Position numbers and translations under genes: made by a program. A stretch of DNA of 64,000 nt from Felis catus. Taxonomy: Eukaryota. The stretch lies in the NCBI RefSeq assembly GCF_018350175.1, contig NC_058368.1, positions 119,042,001 to 119,106,000 on the forward strand, written 5' to 3'. The notes under the pieces were generated by a model. The model did no database searches and had not been told where the DNA came from. It worked only from the letters and a program-made list of their open reading frames with translations. Shown here one piece after another: positions 1 through 12,591 of the stretch (its first letter is position 1; every line of letters starts with the position of its first letter).

Positions 1-16
1 TTGGTCTTAGTCTCAG

Positions 17-145
17 AGCAGTTGTTCCTAAACATGACTGCACATTACAATCACCTGGGAGACTGTTAGTAGGTGGACTCCCTTCCCCAACCTCCACTCC
101 AGAAAACTGATTAAGTCTGAAATGGGGACTGGAGCTCTGTATGCA
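17..145. mobile_element. MER5-family hAT-Charlie DNA transposon remnant
   Basis: cagttgttcctaaacatgactgcacattacaatcacctggga … ccagaaaactgattaagtctgaaatgggg resembles the MER5A/B consensus. Confidence 0.6.
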
Positions 146-941
146 ACATCCTGTCTCTGAGAAAAGAAAGTCAGTAAAACCAAAGCACGCAGTCTACAAT
201 CTAATCATTTTGGAGTTTTGGAGAAACATAGCCTCTCCAATCCAATCTGTAATATCTGAATTATTAAAAAAAATTACACTGGAATCTGGATCTGCTCCCA
301 TTGTGGACACACAGGGTAATGAAAATATATAAACGTGAGGAGAGAGAGACTGTCTCAGAGAAGCCTCTTGGAGACTGTTCAGTGTTATAATGTTAAAATT
401 CTCGTTACAGGGTTAAACTGGGCCAAACCAAGTTTAGAAGTGACAGTTTACAGTTTGGTAACTGGGCAGCCTCCCTTAATGCTCATGATTTATTTGGAGC
501 TCCCTCATCTCGTGCTGTGGTTCTGAGAAACACGCTACTGAGAACAAAGAACTGAGTTAACATTACAACTCTTCCAAAGTTGCTCAGTAATGAAGCCTGG
601 CTCATTTTCTGCAAACAAAGATTGTTTTACAGTAAACCTGTTTTCTAGCAAATATCTACTTTTCAAGTAAATGTATGAAAGACTTTTCTTTATTTTCTCC
701 TTTCTACTTCCCTCCCCCCTTCCCTTCCTTTTGCTCCTTCTCCCCTTCTATAGTCACAAAACTAATTTGTTTAAAATAATTGCATCGGTTGAATAGGGTA
801 AAACCTGAATTTCATAATATAGTAAAAAGAATTATAGTTGACAGCTTTCAATGACTGTATATTTAGTAACACAGATGAAGCTGAAAACATATGGACAGAA
901 ATACTGATATGATCACGTTTTCCAAAGTTCAGGATTAGAGC

Positions 942-1072
942 GGGCACCTGACTGGCTCAGTTAGCAGAGCATGTGACTCCTGACCTCGGGGTCCTGTGTT
1001 CAAGCCCCACGTTGGGTGTGAGGTCTACTTTAAAAAAAATGGCAAAACAAAACAAAACAAAAGAAAAAAAAA
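942..1072 (+). mobile_element. Short, older CAN-SINE (tRNA-derived head plus A-rich tail)
   Basis: gggcacctgactggctcagttag (A box) … gttcaagcccc (B box) followed by an A-rich/(AAAAC)n tail. Confidence 0.85.
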
Positions 1073-1339
1073 ACAATGGTAAGGCTCAAAGAACAGCAAA
1101 CTTGTAAATAGTTTGAGTGTACGGTTTCCAGTTAATTGTTTTTACAAAAATTAATGTTGCTGATGTCTTAAAAAATTGTTTATAGATGTATAGGCCTCCA
1201 CTCACAACCTTGTTAATTTTATTATGTCATGTAATAGGATGATTTTCTTTTCATACTCAGGAAACGTAAACATTTTAGTCCTGCCCTAAATGACCACACA
1301 TCATACTAATTTTTGTGATGATAATGATGATGATGACGA

Positions 1340-1570
1340 CAATAAAAGTAGTCACTGGCTTTGGCTGCATTCAATATGCCAGTCACATTGCATGCATTAT
1401 CTTATCTAACCCTCGTATGAACTCTCTGAGGGAGACAGATAGTATTATTATCATTGCCATTTCCAGAGAGGTTAAACAGACTGCCTAAAGTCAAACTAAC
1501 AAATGGAATATTTAGCTTGACTGTATAGTACAACACATCATGCTTTTGACCACTACACTATAGCATCTCC
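1340..1570 (-). mobile_element. MIR SINE
   Basis: cattatcttatctaaccctc … attattatcattgccatttccagagaggttaa … gcctaaagtca is the reverse MIR core. Confidence 0.7.
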
Positions 1571-1706
1571 AATGCCTCCTAGGTGCTAGAGTTATACACA
1601 TTGATATGATGACAACAGTGCTGATGATAGAAACATATTCATATTCTGGGAGGTAGGAGAAGCATCCTCTCTACAAAATGTCTAAAGTTTTCTCAAACTT
1701 TCACTG

Positions 1707-2418
1707 AAGAGTAACATCAACAAGATGGTGGAATAGGAGTTTTCAACTGTCATCCCCCCATAGAACACAGATTTGATAACCTCCAAGGATGAAACTGGGT
1801 GTCCAGGAGTCCAGTGGAAAAGTTCCAGAATACTTCTGCAGCAAAAAAAATCCAAGGGTAGACACATCCAAGAGTGCAAGAACAATAGTTTCATGTTACC
1901 CACACAACTGCTCTCCTGAGGTGGCAGAGCTTGATGCCAGAAAGATCTCCCAGGTCCTGATTTCTTTCACAGGGGAAAGCAAGAACATAGTGAGTAAGTA
2001 CCCAGCTTCCCAAGATGCAACCCAAGACTCCCACTGCTTTCTCTCTCACCCAGAATACTGAAGGGATAAGTATGGCTGAGTCTGAGGGGCTGGGAGCAGG
2101 GAAGAGGGGTGGGGAATCCTAGCAACCAGGATTCAGAACTCAGTAAGGGGATGTGGGTCTTATTAACTGCTATACAGACATCAGGAGACCAGCACTCAGG
2201 ACGGCTTGCTTGTGGGCCCCCCAACTGGTCCATCCACAGCTCTAATTCTCTGGTGTTCCCTCTGCACAACGGCCGTCTCCCTGCATGCTCTGCCACTGTC
2301 GGTGACATAGAAGCTCACACGTCTGCACGCAGCTCATGAGCAAGTGCAGAAAAGCTGCTCAATGCTGTGGGACTGGGAGCAGGTACACCAATGTGAGCAT
2401 TTCAGGACACTGTGCTCG
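1707..2418 (+). mobile_element. L1 5'UTR-like segment (old L1M type)
   Basis: Starts gtaacatcaacaagatggtggaatagga (L1M 5' end with YY1-like aagatgg); GC-richer, CpG-decayed sequence directly abutting ORF2 3' sequence. Confidence 0.6.
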
Positions 2419-3533
2419 GGAAAACAAATGGGAGCCCCCTTGACATTGGCCTTGGCAATGACTTTTTGAGTTTGACACCAAAAGCAAAGAGAACAAAAGC
2501 AAAACAAAATAGAACACCAAAATACAAAAGAACAAGTGGGGTGAAAAGTGCACAGCAAAGGAAATAAGCAACAATGCAAAGGCAATCTGTGGAAAGGGAG
2601 AAAATATTTGCAAATCTTACATCTGATCAGAAAATAATATCTAAAATATATAAGGAACTCATGCAACTCAGTAACGAAAAGAAAAAAAAATTAACCTAAT
2701 TATAAAATGGGCAAAGGAACTGGATTGCCATTTTTCTAAAGAAGATATACAATTGGTCAATAGGTATATAAAAAGGCGTCCACCATCACTAATAAAAAGG
2801 GAAATGCAAATCAAAACCACAATGAGATATCACCTCACACTTATTAGAATGGCTGTTATTGAAAAGTCAAAAGATATTGACTATTGGCGAGGAAATGGAC
2901 AAAGAGGAACCCTTGTACACTGTGATGAGAATGAAATTGGAATGGCCATTATAGAAAACACTATGGAGATTCCTTAAAAAAATAAAAATATAACTACTAT
3001 ATGATCCAGCAATCTCACATCTGGGTATATCCATGAGAAATAAAATCACTACCAGGGCGCCTGGGTGGTTCAGTCGATTAAGGATCCGACTCTTGATTTT
3101 GGCTCAGGTCATGATCTCATGGTTGTGAGATTGGGCCCCAAGTCCAGTTCCGTGCTGGGTGTGGAGCCTGCTTAAGATCTTCTCTCTCTCTCTCTGTCTC
3201 TCTCTCTTCCCCTCTGCCCCTTCCCTGTGTGTGCTCTCTCTCACTCTCTCAAAAAAATCACTACCTTGAAGAGCTATCTGAACACCTACCTTCATTGCAG
3301 CATTATTCACAGTAGCTAAGATATGGAAATAATCTGTGTCCATCAATGGATAAATGGATACAGAAAATATGATATATCGACATACACACACATATAAAAT
3401 TTATATATTTTATTTATATATATCTTATGTATTATTTTATACATATTATATTTATATTTATATATTTATGTATTTTATATTCCATAGTATAAAAATGGAA
3501 TATTATATGCATCAGGGAATAGTCTGTGTATGT

Positions 3534-3568
<35 letters not shown>

Positions 3569-3996
3569 GGAATATTATTCACTCAAATATGGTCAATCAT
3601 GCCATTCACAACAACATGGATAAACCCGGAGGATGTTACTTCTGATCTCACATATATATGGAACCTAAAAATGTCAAGTTCATAGAAATAGAGTGGATTG
3701 GTGGTTACCAGGGACTGGGAAGTGGGAGAATTTGGGAGATATTGATCAGAGGGTATAAACTTGCAGTTTTATATAAAATGGGTAAATTCTGGAGACCTAA
3801 TGCACAGCATGGTGATATAGTTAATAATAATATGTTGTATATTTGACATTTGCCAAGAGAGTGGATCTAAAGCACATGCATGCACACATACACATAAATG
3901 GTAATTATGTGAGGTGATGGATATGTTAATTAGCTTTATATTGGTAATCATTTCATTATGTGTATCAAAATATCATGGTGTACACCTTAAAAAAAG
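2419..3996 (+). mobile_element. L1 ORF2 3' end plus 3'UTR (L1MA8/9-like), degenerate
   Basis: ORF 2753-2977 REMQIKTTMRYHLTLIRMA is the L1 ORF2 C-terminal region; 3'UTR gtaattatgtgaggtgatggatatgttaattagc; A-run at ~3990. Confidence 0.92.
3055..3253 (+). mobile_element. CAN-SINE nested in L1
   Basis: gggcgcctgggtggttcagtcg…(CT)n…A-tail; TSD aaaatcactacc at 3042-3053 and 3254-3265. Confidence 0.95.
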
Positions 3997-5435
3997 CTTT
4001 AGGGAATTTAAAAAATCTTTAGTCTGGGGACTCATAATTAAGTAAACTGTGTTTCTCTTATTATTTTTTTTTTCTTCCATACCAGGCTAACTTCAGAGTA
4101 ATACCAGTAAGGGGTTAGTTAATTTTGACAAAAACTACTGCCCTTTGCAAATCCACTATTTTTAACCAGTCATAACTCTGGCACCAAGTCCCCTTGAGAT
4201 TGTAACTTTCCATTCTGTGAAACATCTCCCCTCTCCAAGTTCTGGTTTCAACATGCTTTTGAAAGGTTCAAATAACTCAGAGACTCAGAAACCTAGCACA
4301 ATGTTTTCCCAGTCTGTGTTGACTCAATGGAAAGAGAGACGAAACCAGTCACACATATAGTGCCCATGGGTTGCTGTCTCCCTTCTGGTACCAGCATCTC
4401 CTTTCTCATCTACTGGACTCTGAACACTCCATGTAGTGGAGAAACGTGGTTTGCAGACATGTGGTTTTCCATGCTTTCTTATTGCTTCTGGAATGAAAAC
4501 AGTTTCCGTCATTCATTTGGCTTCCTCTTGACATAAAACATGTCTCTCTTAATTTTACATTCAAGAATGGTGTGGGGAGAAAGCTGTAGTCCAACAATAT
4601 CATCTCATCAAACTTCTTTTTACAGAAGAGAGAACATGTTTACCAAAACCACAGTGTTCTCAACATCAAGTGGTTAGGGGAGTAATTTGATAACATGCCT
4701 TTTTCTACCTCACATGCAATTGCCATTCTTTCGTCTATTTGGTCAACAATATTTGTGGAGTACCTCCTTATGGTAATAGTCACCGTTTGGTGACTTGATA
4801 GATTTGATCTTTGCTCACATCAAGGTCACCATTTACCACAAAAGGCATGAAAAGAGAACAATAAAGTTACTCAATTTTATTTACTGACAAATCATGATAT
4901 GCCTGAAATTAAGTAAATAAGAGAATAAATGTTTTTGTTTTGGGCTTTTATATGGATGGAATGGCCTCCATTTCAATTTGGGCTAGCTGATTTTATTGTC
5001 TTTTCATGGTCATAGAAGTAGCTCTCTCATCTACCATACCTTTTGCAAAATACGTTTTCTTGACCACAAAGGGCCTGCATAATGGTATACAGATGGATGA
5101 ATCTGCACTTATCCTGATTCCTAAGCCAAGAAGTGAAGGGGTGTGTTCCATGGATGATTGATAGCACAGCAGATGGCTTATCTATCATCAAATACCACTG
5201 CATTGCCTCTTTATCGTGCCTCTTGCACACTTACTAATAAAACAGAGTGAAGTATAAGTTAAGCATGGAGAAATAGATAATCTCTGGGTGTCTTCTGGAA
5301 TTAAACAAGTCTCGTGCAGAGGCTTTGAAGTTCAAAAGGAAAGACACTTGGTTTTAGCATTGGACAGAAATATAACACTTTAATTTGTTTGTTAAAATAA
5401 TTCCAGTCTTTCATTCTGAAACAACAAAAGTAAAT

Positions 5436-5870
5436 ATTCATTTGTTCACTCATTCATTCATTCATTCATTCATTCACTTTTTCTCTCCATAAGTACTTTT
5501 CACATCCTTATAACGGGCCAGAAACTATGCAGGCGTGGCTGACAGAGACACAAAAAATATTTGGTCCACAACTTGAAGTATCTTGCAAACTGGAAAGGGA
5601 AGCAAAAATATAGGTGGAGTGTGCAATTCAGGCCTCCTGTGGATGGGACCTGAAGGCCAGTCAGGGCCCTGAGGTTTGGACAAGGCCTCAGAAAGAAAAC
5701 CAGGCTGGGACTGAGTTTTGAAAGATATGCAGATTTTTTTTTCAGGTGGAGGGAGGGGATTGAGGACAAGCATTTTAGGCACAGAAAGAACAGCAGGTGT
5801 ACTTGAGAAACTGAGCAGTTTAGGAGGCTGTGGCATACATAGCATGGAGATTAGTGGGGAGGGTAGCCAG
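5436..5870 (-). mobile_element. L2 LINE 3' fragment with (TTCA)n tail
   Basis: (ttca)n tail at 5436-5477 followed by degenerate antisense L2 (ttttaggcacagaaagaacagca…). Confidence 0.6.
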
Positions 5871-6534
5871 GGAGGGATTCACCCAGAGTAAGATATAGCT
5901 CCTGATGGGAGGAAGTGAAGCACATAAAACACGCCCTACAGCACATATTTGATGAAAGAGGTTTGCAGTCTGTTGTCTAAAAGACCTCTTAGAGAGGAAG
6001 ATGTTTGTGAAGGTAAGTTGAGTTTTTTCCTCTTGGCGCCAGTTTCAAGCTGTTTGGGTTCTCTTTTGCTTCCACTTGGACAGCCTTTCTCCTACAGCGT
6101 CATGCGAGCTCACTGTTGCAGTTTTACGTTCTTGACGGTAACCTCTCCAAGCAGGTCAGAAGTACTACAGCAGGAAGGAACACTTAGAGAGTCCAGCAAC
6201 TTTGTACCTCAGATCAGAGAGAAAATTCAGTAAGGGACTGCCAAACTGGCAGCTTTCCTGGTGCTGAATTTGGTGTGAATGTGTTGAACTTTTTGCAAAG
6301 AAATTTAAAAACATCAGAAATTATGTAACTTGGCTTTGAGAAATATTTTTCTCCTTTGGGGGGGTATGGGGCCTCTCCTCTCTGCCTAAAGAAATGTGAC
6401 CATCTGACTCTAGCCCAGAATGGGCCTCACACCTTACTCCTGGCCCCTCACCCAGGGTAGATTTTTCCTCTAGAGAAGCTGCTGGAATGATTTCGGTAGC
6501 CATTACCTATCAGCAGTAGCAAAAACCTCTGTGC

Positions 6535-6866
6535 AGCTTTGTGTTCAGATGTGAGTCCCACACACATAATTTAAAATTTTTTAGTGTGCACATTAAAATT
6601 TAAAATTTTTTTAATGTGTGCATTAAAAAAGTAAAAAGGGACAGGGGAAATTAACTTTAATAATATATTTTATGTAATCAAATATATCCAAAATAGTATC
6701 ATTTCAAAAGGGAATCAGTATTAAAAAGTTTATAAGATATTTTACATCCACGTTTTGAGTCTTCAAAAGTGGTGTGCATTTTCACACTCATAACACATCT
6801 TGATTTGCACATTTCAAGTGTTCAAGAGGCACATGGGGATAGTAGCTACTATATTGGACAGTCTGG
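6535..6866. mobile_element. MER33 hAT-Charlie DNA transposon
   Basis: aatttaaaattttttagtgtgcacattaaaa…aaaaagtaaaaa…gaaattaactttaataatatatttta…cacatttcaagtgttcaa…ctactatattggacag matches MER33; internal ~30-bp tandem duplication near 6568-6630. Confidence 0.8.
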
Positions 6867-7711
6867 TTCTAGATTTTATGTCAGGTCCCACAACAGAAGC
6901 TGAGGGGATGGGCCCTGGAAATGCTTTTCTTCCTTTGGTGGCCAGACCCATTATGTACTGGAGAGGGGGCTGAACCAGGGAGAGAGACTAGAGAGAGCCC
7001 AGTTTCAGTGTGGCTCCTACAGAGCATGTCTTCGGGTAGCAGGAACTAACTGCCCTTTACAAAGTGGGAATGTCTGTAAATTGGCAATTGACAGAGCCTA
7101 TAAATATTATCACACATTTCATACGAACGTTATAGAGTAAAAGTCTATGATCAAAGTGAAAAACATTCCGTCAATGCAGCTCTTGCTTTCTTTTAAGGAT
7201 AAAGATGGAGATCACAAGAGTACTAGGAACAGATTACTGGCACTTAGAGAAGATTTTAGAAGAAGTCAAAGACTCCAGAATATCAGAACTGGATGAAGCT
7301 TTGAGGCCACGCTTAGGTGTTTGGAAACTAAGACCTATAGAATTTAAGGGGCATTACCAGCCAACAGCTGAGTAGAGACAATGCCAGGTATAAGGCCTGG
7401 TTCTCCCAAATCCTTACCCTAATAGTGACACCTTGGCCCCTGTATCACTCAGTGACACAACATTAGTAATGCTACAACATTGAGGAATATACAGCTAATT
7501 TTAAGGCTGCATCTATATATAATAGAGTGGAGACCTAGACATCACATGGCTAACCTCATCTGTGGGAACAAGCAAATAAATTCTTACCAATCATTTTTTT
7601 TTATAGGGTGGGGTGGAGGTAGGTATTGGTTTCCTTCCTCAAATGTGCTTATTTTTATCCTTGTCAATTTACTAAGCAACAGTTTTTTTGCTCTATACTA
7701 TGGAGGAAAAA

Positions 7712-7715
<4 letters not shown>

Positions 7716-7764
<49 letters not shown>
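7716..7764 (+). repeat. (GA)n microsatellite
   Basis: Perfect dinucleotide run. Confidence 0.98.
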
Positions 7765-7767
<3 letters not shown>

Positions 7768-9599
7768 GGAAAGTAAAAGAAAGAATAAGTGCAAATATTT
7801 GGGTAAATGAGGCCAAATAAAACAGTCATGTGAAAACTGAGGCTGTATTACAGCCAGATGGCTGCCCCCCCCCCCAATTTTGCTGGACTTCACGACCTTG
7901 AGGGTTTCCTTTAACCTCAAGAGCTGGGGGGTATAAGATCTGTTTGACACTGGCTCCCAGAACTAGGTGGGGAGGGAAGGTTTCTGGTTCCAGTAATTTT
8001 TAAAGGGGAAAACTATAAGTAGATGATTTAATTACCAGCCCTTGAACCAATTTATTTTCGGCAGCAACAGCAAAGTCTTACAAACCAGTGACACGAGTCA
8101 AGTGATTACTCTTTAAATGTGAGAGATGAAGAAGAGAGAGAAATTAAAAAAAAAAAAGCCTCTGACTTCATATTATGGCTTTAGGCCAGACTGCAAAGAA
8201 GGAATCTGTGAAATTCAAGGTCCTTGAGTCTATTATTTCTCTTTGCTATTATTTCTGAAACAAGACCTGGGCGAAATCAATTCAGGTTCAGAAAGAATAT
8301 TACTTTAATTTTCTACATAAAATTGTCAGGAAGTCTGAGTTAGAAGAGGGGAAAAGACAGATGACTATCACCCAAGCAGAAATTAAATGAATAAATTAAA
8401 TGAAGTAAAGTACATTTATATTACCAAAACTCTGGTCATGAGACAAAACACATCTTTTGGCACAAACTCCTAGGGGTTTAAAAAACAAACCAGCAACACC
8501 AATGATGAGGTAATGTCCCTGAAAATAAACTCTCTCTTGAGTGTTAGAAGATCAGTACTAGATAAAACAGAATTAATTTTATTTTGATGCAAATGTATCT
8601 TTAAAGCTTTTAATTAGACTTCATCCTAGAATATGAGATTTTCATAAAAATTTAACTTCTACTCCCCCTTTTCAAGCTACTGACACACAATTTTTAAAAA
8701 AATGGGAAATCTCTTGGGAACATTCTGCCTAAGAATATGATGAAATACTAACTCTCTTGTCCTACTTTCAGAGTGGGTTTTCCTCTCACCATAAATTCAA
8801 TCTGCCTCTAATTCAATCTCTACCAGATGTTGAAAGAATAGCAAGGAATCTGAGGAAGCTGGTGATAACACTTGCATGAGCCTTCCCAGCAGATACTCAA
8901 GTAGCTCACAGTCTAGCAGGACCATTTCACTGCTCTTAAGCTTTTGGCATTTTAAGGGACCTTAGTTTTTACTCTTTACATATCCCCCCCTTCCCTCTTG
9001 GTTAGCAGAAAGTTTTCCAGAGGCTGTTCAGGCTGGATTGCTGGCATGGTGAGATCAGTCAGGATAGTCCATGGCTGTTTGTATGGTACAGACAGACATT
9101 TTTTTTTTTTTTGATTCTCCCCTTACTGGGTAAATACCAGTCCATTCTCTGGGTGGAGAAGCAGATGATGTTGATTTTTGGCATTTGGTTCAACAAAAAT
9201 GTTGAGCGCTTACTCTGTGACCAGCCATGCTAGGCACTGTGTCTATGACTAGCCATATGTTCTACATGGTGAGCTTACAGTCTGGAGATAAAATAGCTCT
9301 ATTTCACATCACTCGGTTTTTTCTTTGACACACACATTAACCTTATTTCCTCTTAGGGGTACAAAATTCATGGGCTGCCGAATTTGGCCGGGCATATCTC
9401 CTCTTGGTTAGGATTTATTCTGGATTTCTGTCCCCCAAATAAAAACTGACCTTCCCTAGGTCTCATTCTCTCCTGATTTTGCTCTCTAGTGACAAAGGCT
9501 AGTTGATCCATGATCTTCCAGAGCTGGAAGGAATCTGATAACCCACACAGTCCAATGTCCTCATTTTAGATATGGGAAAATGGAGTCCTGAAGGGTTTT

Positions 9600-9950
9600 G
9601 TTCAATAAATATTTCATAAGTATGTCCTTGGGGGCCAGTGAATGTGCCAGAAGCTGGGGCTGCACAGCATAGTAAGACAAGATTCCTACCATGATTATTT
9701 TGCTGGAATATATTTATATATAGTTAATTCGAATACTTTAGGTGCAAAGAGTATGGTATGTTTAGTGCATTATGGTGCTCATAGGGAGATCACAGGGAAA
9801 GCCTTCTTGGATATGGTGTCTAGGCCACTTTGTAAAGGATGAGGTAGGATTGGAAAGCTAAAAGCTGGGTGAGGAAAGTCAAAAGGACGTTTCAGGGAAA
9901 GGCATGAGCCAAGTCATACATAGACTCAACATGGTGCATGTGAGTTTAGA
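9600..9950 (-). mobile_element. L2 fragment
   Basis: ttcaataaatattt…atgtgccagaagctgggg…tgtaaaggatgaggtagga…tttcagggaaaggc. Confidence 0.55.
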
Positions 9951-10050
9951 ACTCTGGTCTCTTCCTTGTAAGCCTAGCATTCCACCCACCACATCATAGA
10001 CTCGGCTGGAAGTAAGTGCCTGGAGAAGGTCCTAAATAAGTGCCTTGATA

Positions 10051-10310
10051 CTGTGGACATCTGCTATTTTTGCCAGGTGGGCATCCATCCTTGATGATAA
10101 CAACACTTCATTTCTTTTTTTTTGAGAATCTCTATCCCATACTCAGTTGGAGTTTTTGTGGGATGATGACCCCTGCCCCAAGACTCCAGGGATTGGTGCC
10201 TGACCCAGCTGTAGCTAGTCAACATATTCTATCCTCCTGGGAAAATGACTGGTGCAGCAATGGACACATGAACCAGCCCAGGCCAACGAGACTCAGTTCT
10301 ACCACAGAAT
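10051..10310 (+). mobile_element. MaLR (MLT1K/L-like) LTR fragment
   Basis: tgtggacatctgctattttt…gactggtgcagcaatggacacatgaaccagcccaggccaacgagactcag. Confidence 0.6.
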
Positions 10311-10602
10311 TTTTTTCAGTTATGTGAATCCCTCTTTTGGCTTGAGACTCTTTCATCATCTATTGGGAGGTCCCTAACAAGCACATCAAGAAAAATTTAT
10401 GAAAGCTTTCTATGTCACAGGCATTATTTTAGGATAGAAGTTACATGTAGATTCCAAATGCCATGGCATGGGCATAGGCCAGAATATTTGGGGGCTTATA
10501 TGTAATGGATGACTATTTTCTACTCTGGTCAATCCTGAAAACTAGCCCTGACCTCTAGATCCAAGTGACCATGGCACCTAAACTTATTAAAAGGTTAGTC
10601 TT

Positions 10603-10833
10603 GGGGCACCTTGGTGGCTCAGTTGGTTAAACATCTGACTCTTGGTTTTAGCTCAGGTCATGATCTCATGGTTTGTGAGTTGGAGCCATGTCAGGCTATG
10701 TATTGACAGTGTGGAGCCCTCTTGGGATTCTCTCTCCCTCTCTCTGTCCTTCCCCCACTCATGCTGTCTCTGTCTCTCTCAAAATAAATAAATAAACTTA
10801 AATGTTTCTCTCAAAAAAAAATAAAAATAAAAT
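10603..10833 (+). mobile_element. CAN-SINE
   Basis: ggggcaccttggtggctcagttggttaa…aaaataaataaataaac; short TSD ttagtct. Confidence 0.95.
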
Positions 10834-11839
10834 ATTAGTCTCGTGAAATTATTGGTTTCCTCGTCAGGGGGGATGAGGGGTAAAACATACAAGGGTGAGG
10901 CTTAGCCACCTCAGTGGCTCCTGTGAGTGTTGACCCATTTTTCTCTTCTTATCTAAATCACAGCCCTTGGTAAAGAGAATGCCACTCAATACTTACTGGT
11001 TGAATGGAGGCTGAGTGAGCCCTGTCCTTGGTCCTTCTACGTTGTCATTTGAGATCTTAAGGAGCAGAGTGATTGTCTTGAGAGAAAAATGGGTCAATAG
11101 AGGCTGAATCTTCCCTCTCAGATTACCCTGGTCATCAATGATGCTGAGCAAGGGAGTTTGGGGATGTGAAAACTAGGAGGGATAGGACCCAGCACCAGCC
11201 AAGACCTCTAGAAAGGCAGTGGAGGCTGTATTCTTGTCCACTCACTGACTGCTACTAAAGAAACATTTGGAAACCCCGGGAAGGGAGAAGGCGTAAGAAA
11301 GAATAAAAATGTTGCCACAGTCCCACTCTGCAGAGCTAACTTGTGTTAACAGTTTTGTGTATATTGACCTCCAGGCTTCTTTCCCATGCAAATACATTCA
11401 TGTGTACCTCTAAGTATATGAGGACACAGGGGCACCCGGGGCACTGGTTCCTGCCTCTGCTGCTCTATCCCTGGCTTTTTCTAATGCACAGTGTATCCTG
11501 GGCATTTCCCTCATATGCAGAGTATTCTTAAGCAGGCTGGATTAACCTCCAAACAGTTCCAAGATGCCCTTATCTGACTCCCATGTTTCTAAGTATGTGC
11601 CAGCCGCCTGAAAGCAGTTTTCTCTTGGCCACTATTTCAGGGGAACATCTGCCGGCTGCCTCTTTCTCTTCCTTCTGCAGCAGCCAAGCAATTTATTGAC
11701 CCCGGAAAAAACCACAGGGACAAGATTAGGGACAAGCTCTAGGGACGGTGGGGGGGTGGGGGTGGATGGGGAAGTGCCTTGTTAATTCCAAACATGTATG
11801 GAGAGTTAGTTGCAGTATCATTCATACTGTTGTTGTTGA

Positions 11840-12380
11840 CAATAATGATTCAAATACAGGTCTGACCTCATTATCCACCCCCCTGCTTAAAAATGCTCCG
11901 TGGCTGCCCCTTGCTTTTAGGATAGCTACCTAAATCCTTACCACTGGGGGACCCTGAATGGTTTGGTCCTTGGGGACCTCCTGGCACCGTCTCCTCTGCC
12001 TGTCCTTGTGTCCCGCCTGGACTTTCTTCATTCCTAGCACTGTTAGTCTCTTTCAGGCCTCAGGGCCTATGCTCTGCCTCTTCTGACTCTCTTCCTAATC
12101 CTGGTACTATTTAAAGTCCTAATTATCCTTCAGCTCTAGCTCCAGCAACATTTCTTCAGGGAAGGTGCCCTTAGGATGGGCGTCCTCGTTTTTTGGTTCC
12201 ATGCATCTGTCCTTTGCTGCACTTACACTGCACTTGTATTTGCAAATGCGTATCAGCCCAGGTGACTGCTTGCTTGATTCTCTGTGTGTCCTGTTGGACT
12301 GCAAATTTCATGAGTGTAGGGATGGTGTCGACGCTGCTCCCTGGGTAATCCTTGGTGCTTGGGTCAGTACTGAGCATATA
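11840..12380 (+). mobile_element. L2 LINE 3' fragment
   Basis: cctgcttaaaaatgctccgtggctgcccc…ttcagggaaggtgcc…ttggactgcaaatttcatgagtgtaggga. Confidence 0.7.
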
Positions 12381-12384
12381 GGTT

Positions 12385-12591
12385 CTTTTTTTTTTTAATT
12401 TTTAAAATTAATTTATTTATTTTGAGAAAGAGAGAGAGAGAGGCAGAGAGAGCGGGAGAGAGAAATACCAAGCAGGCTCTGCACTGTCAGCAGAGAGCCC
12501 AATGTAAGGCTTGAACTCACAAACTTTGAGACTATGACCTCAGCTGAAACCAAGAGTCAGACGCTTAACAGACTGATCCACCCGGACATGC
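12385..12591 (-). mobile_element. CAN-SINE
   Basis: T-tail, (GA)n, caagcaggctctgcactgtcagc…agtcagacgcttaac. Confidence 0.93.

Noticed and set aside
942..1015. tRNA-like sequence with A and B boxes
   Set aside because: tRNA-derived SINE head followed by an A-rich tail; no intact acceptor stem.
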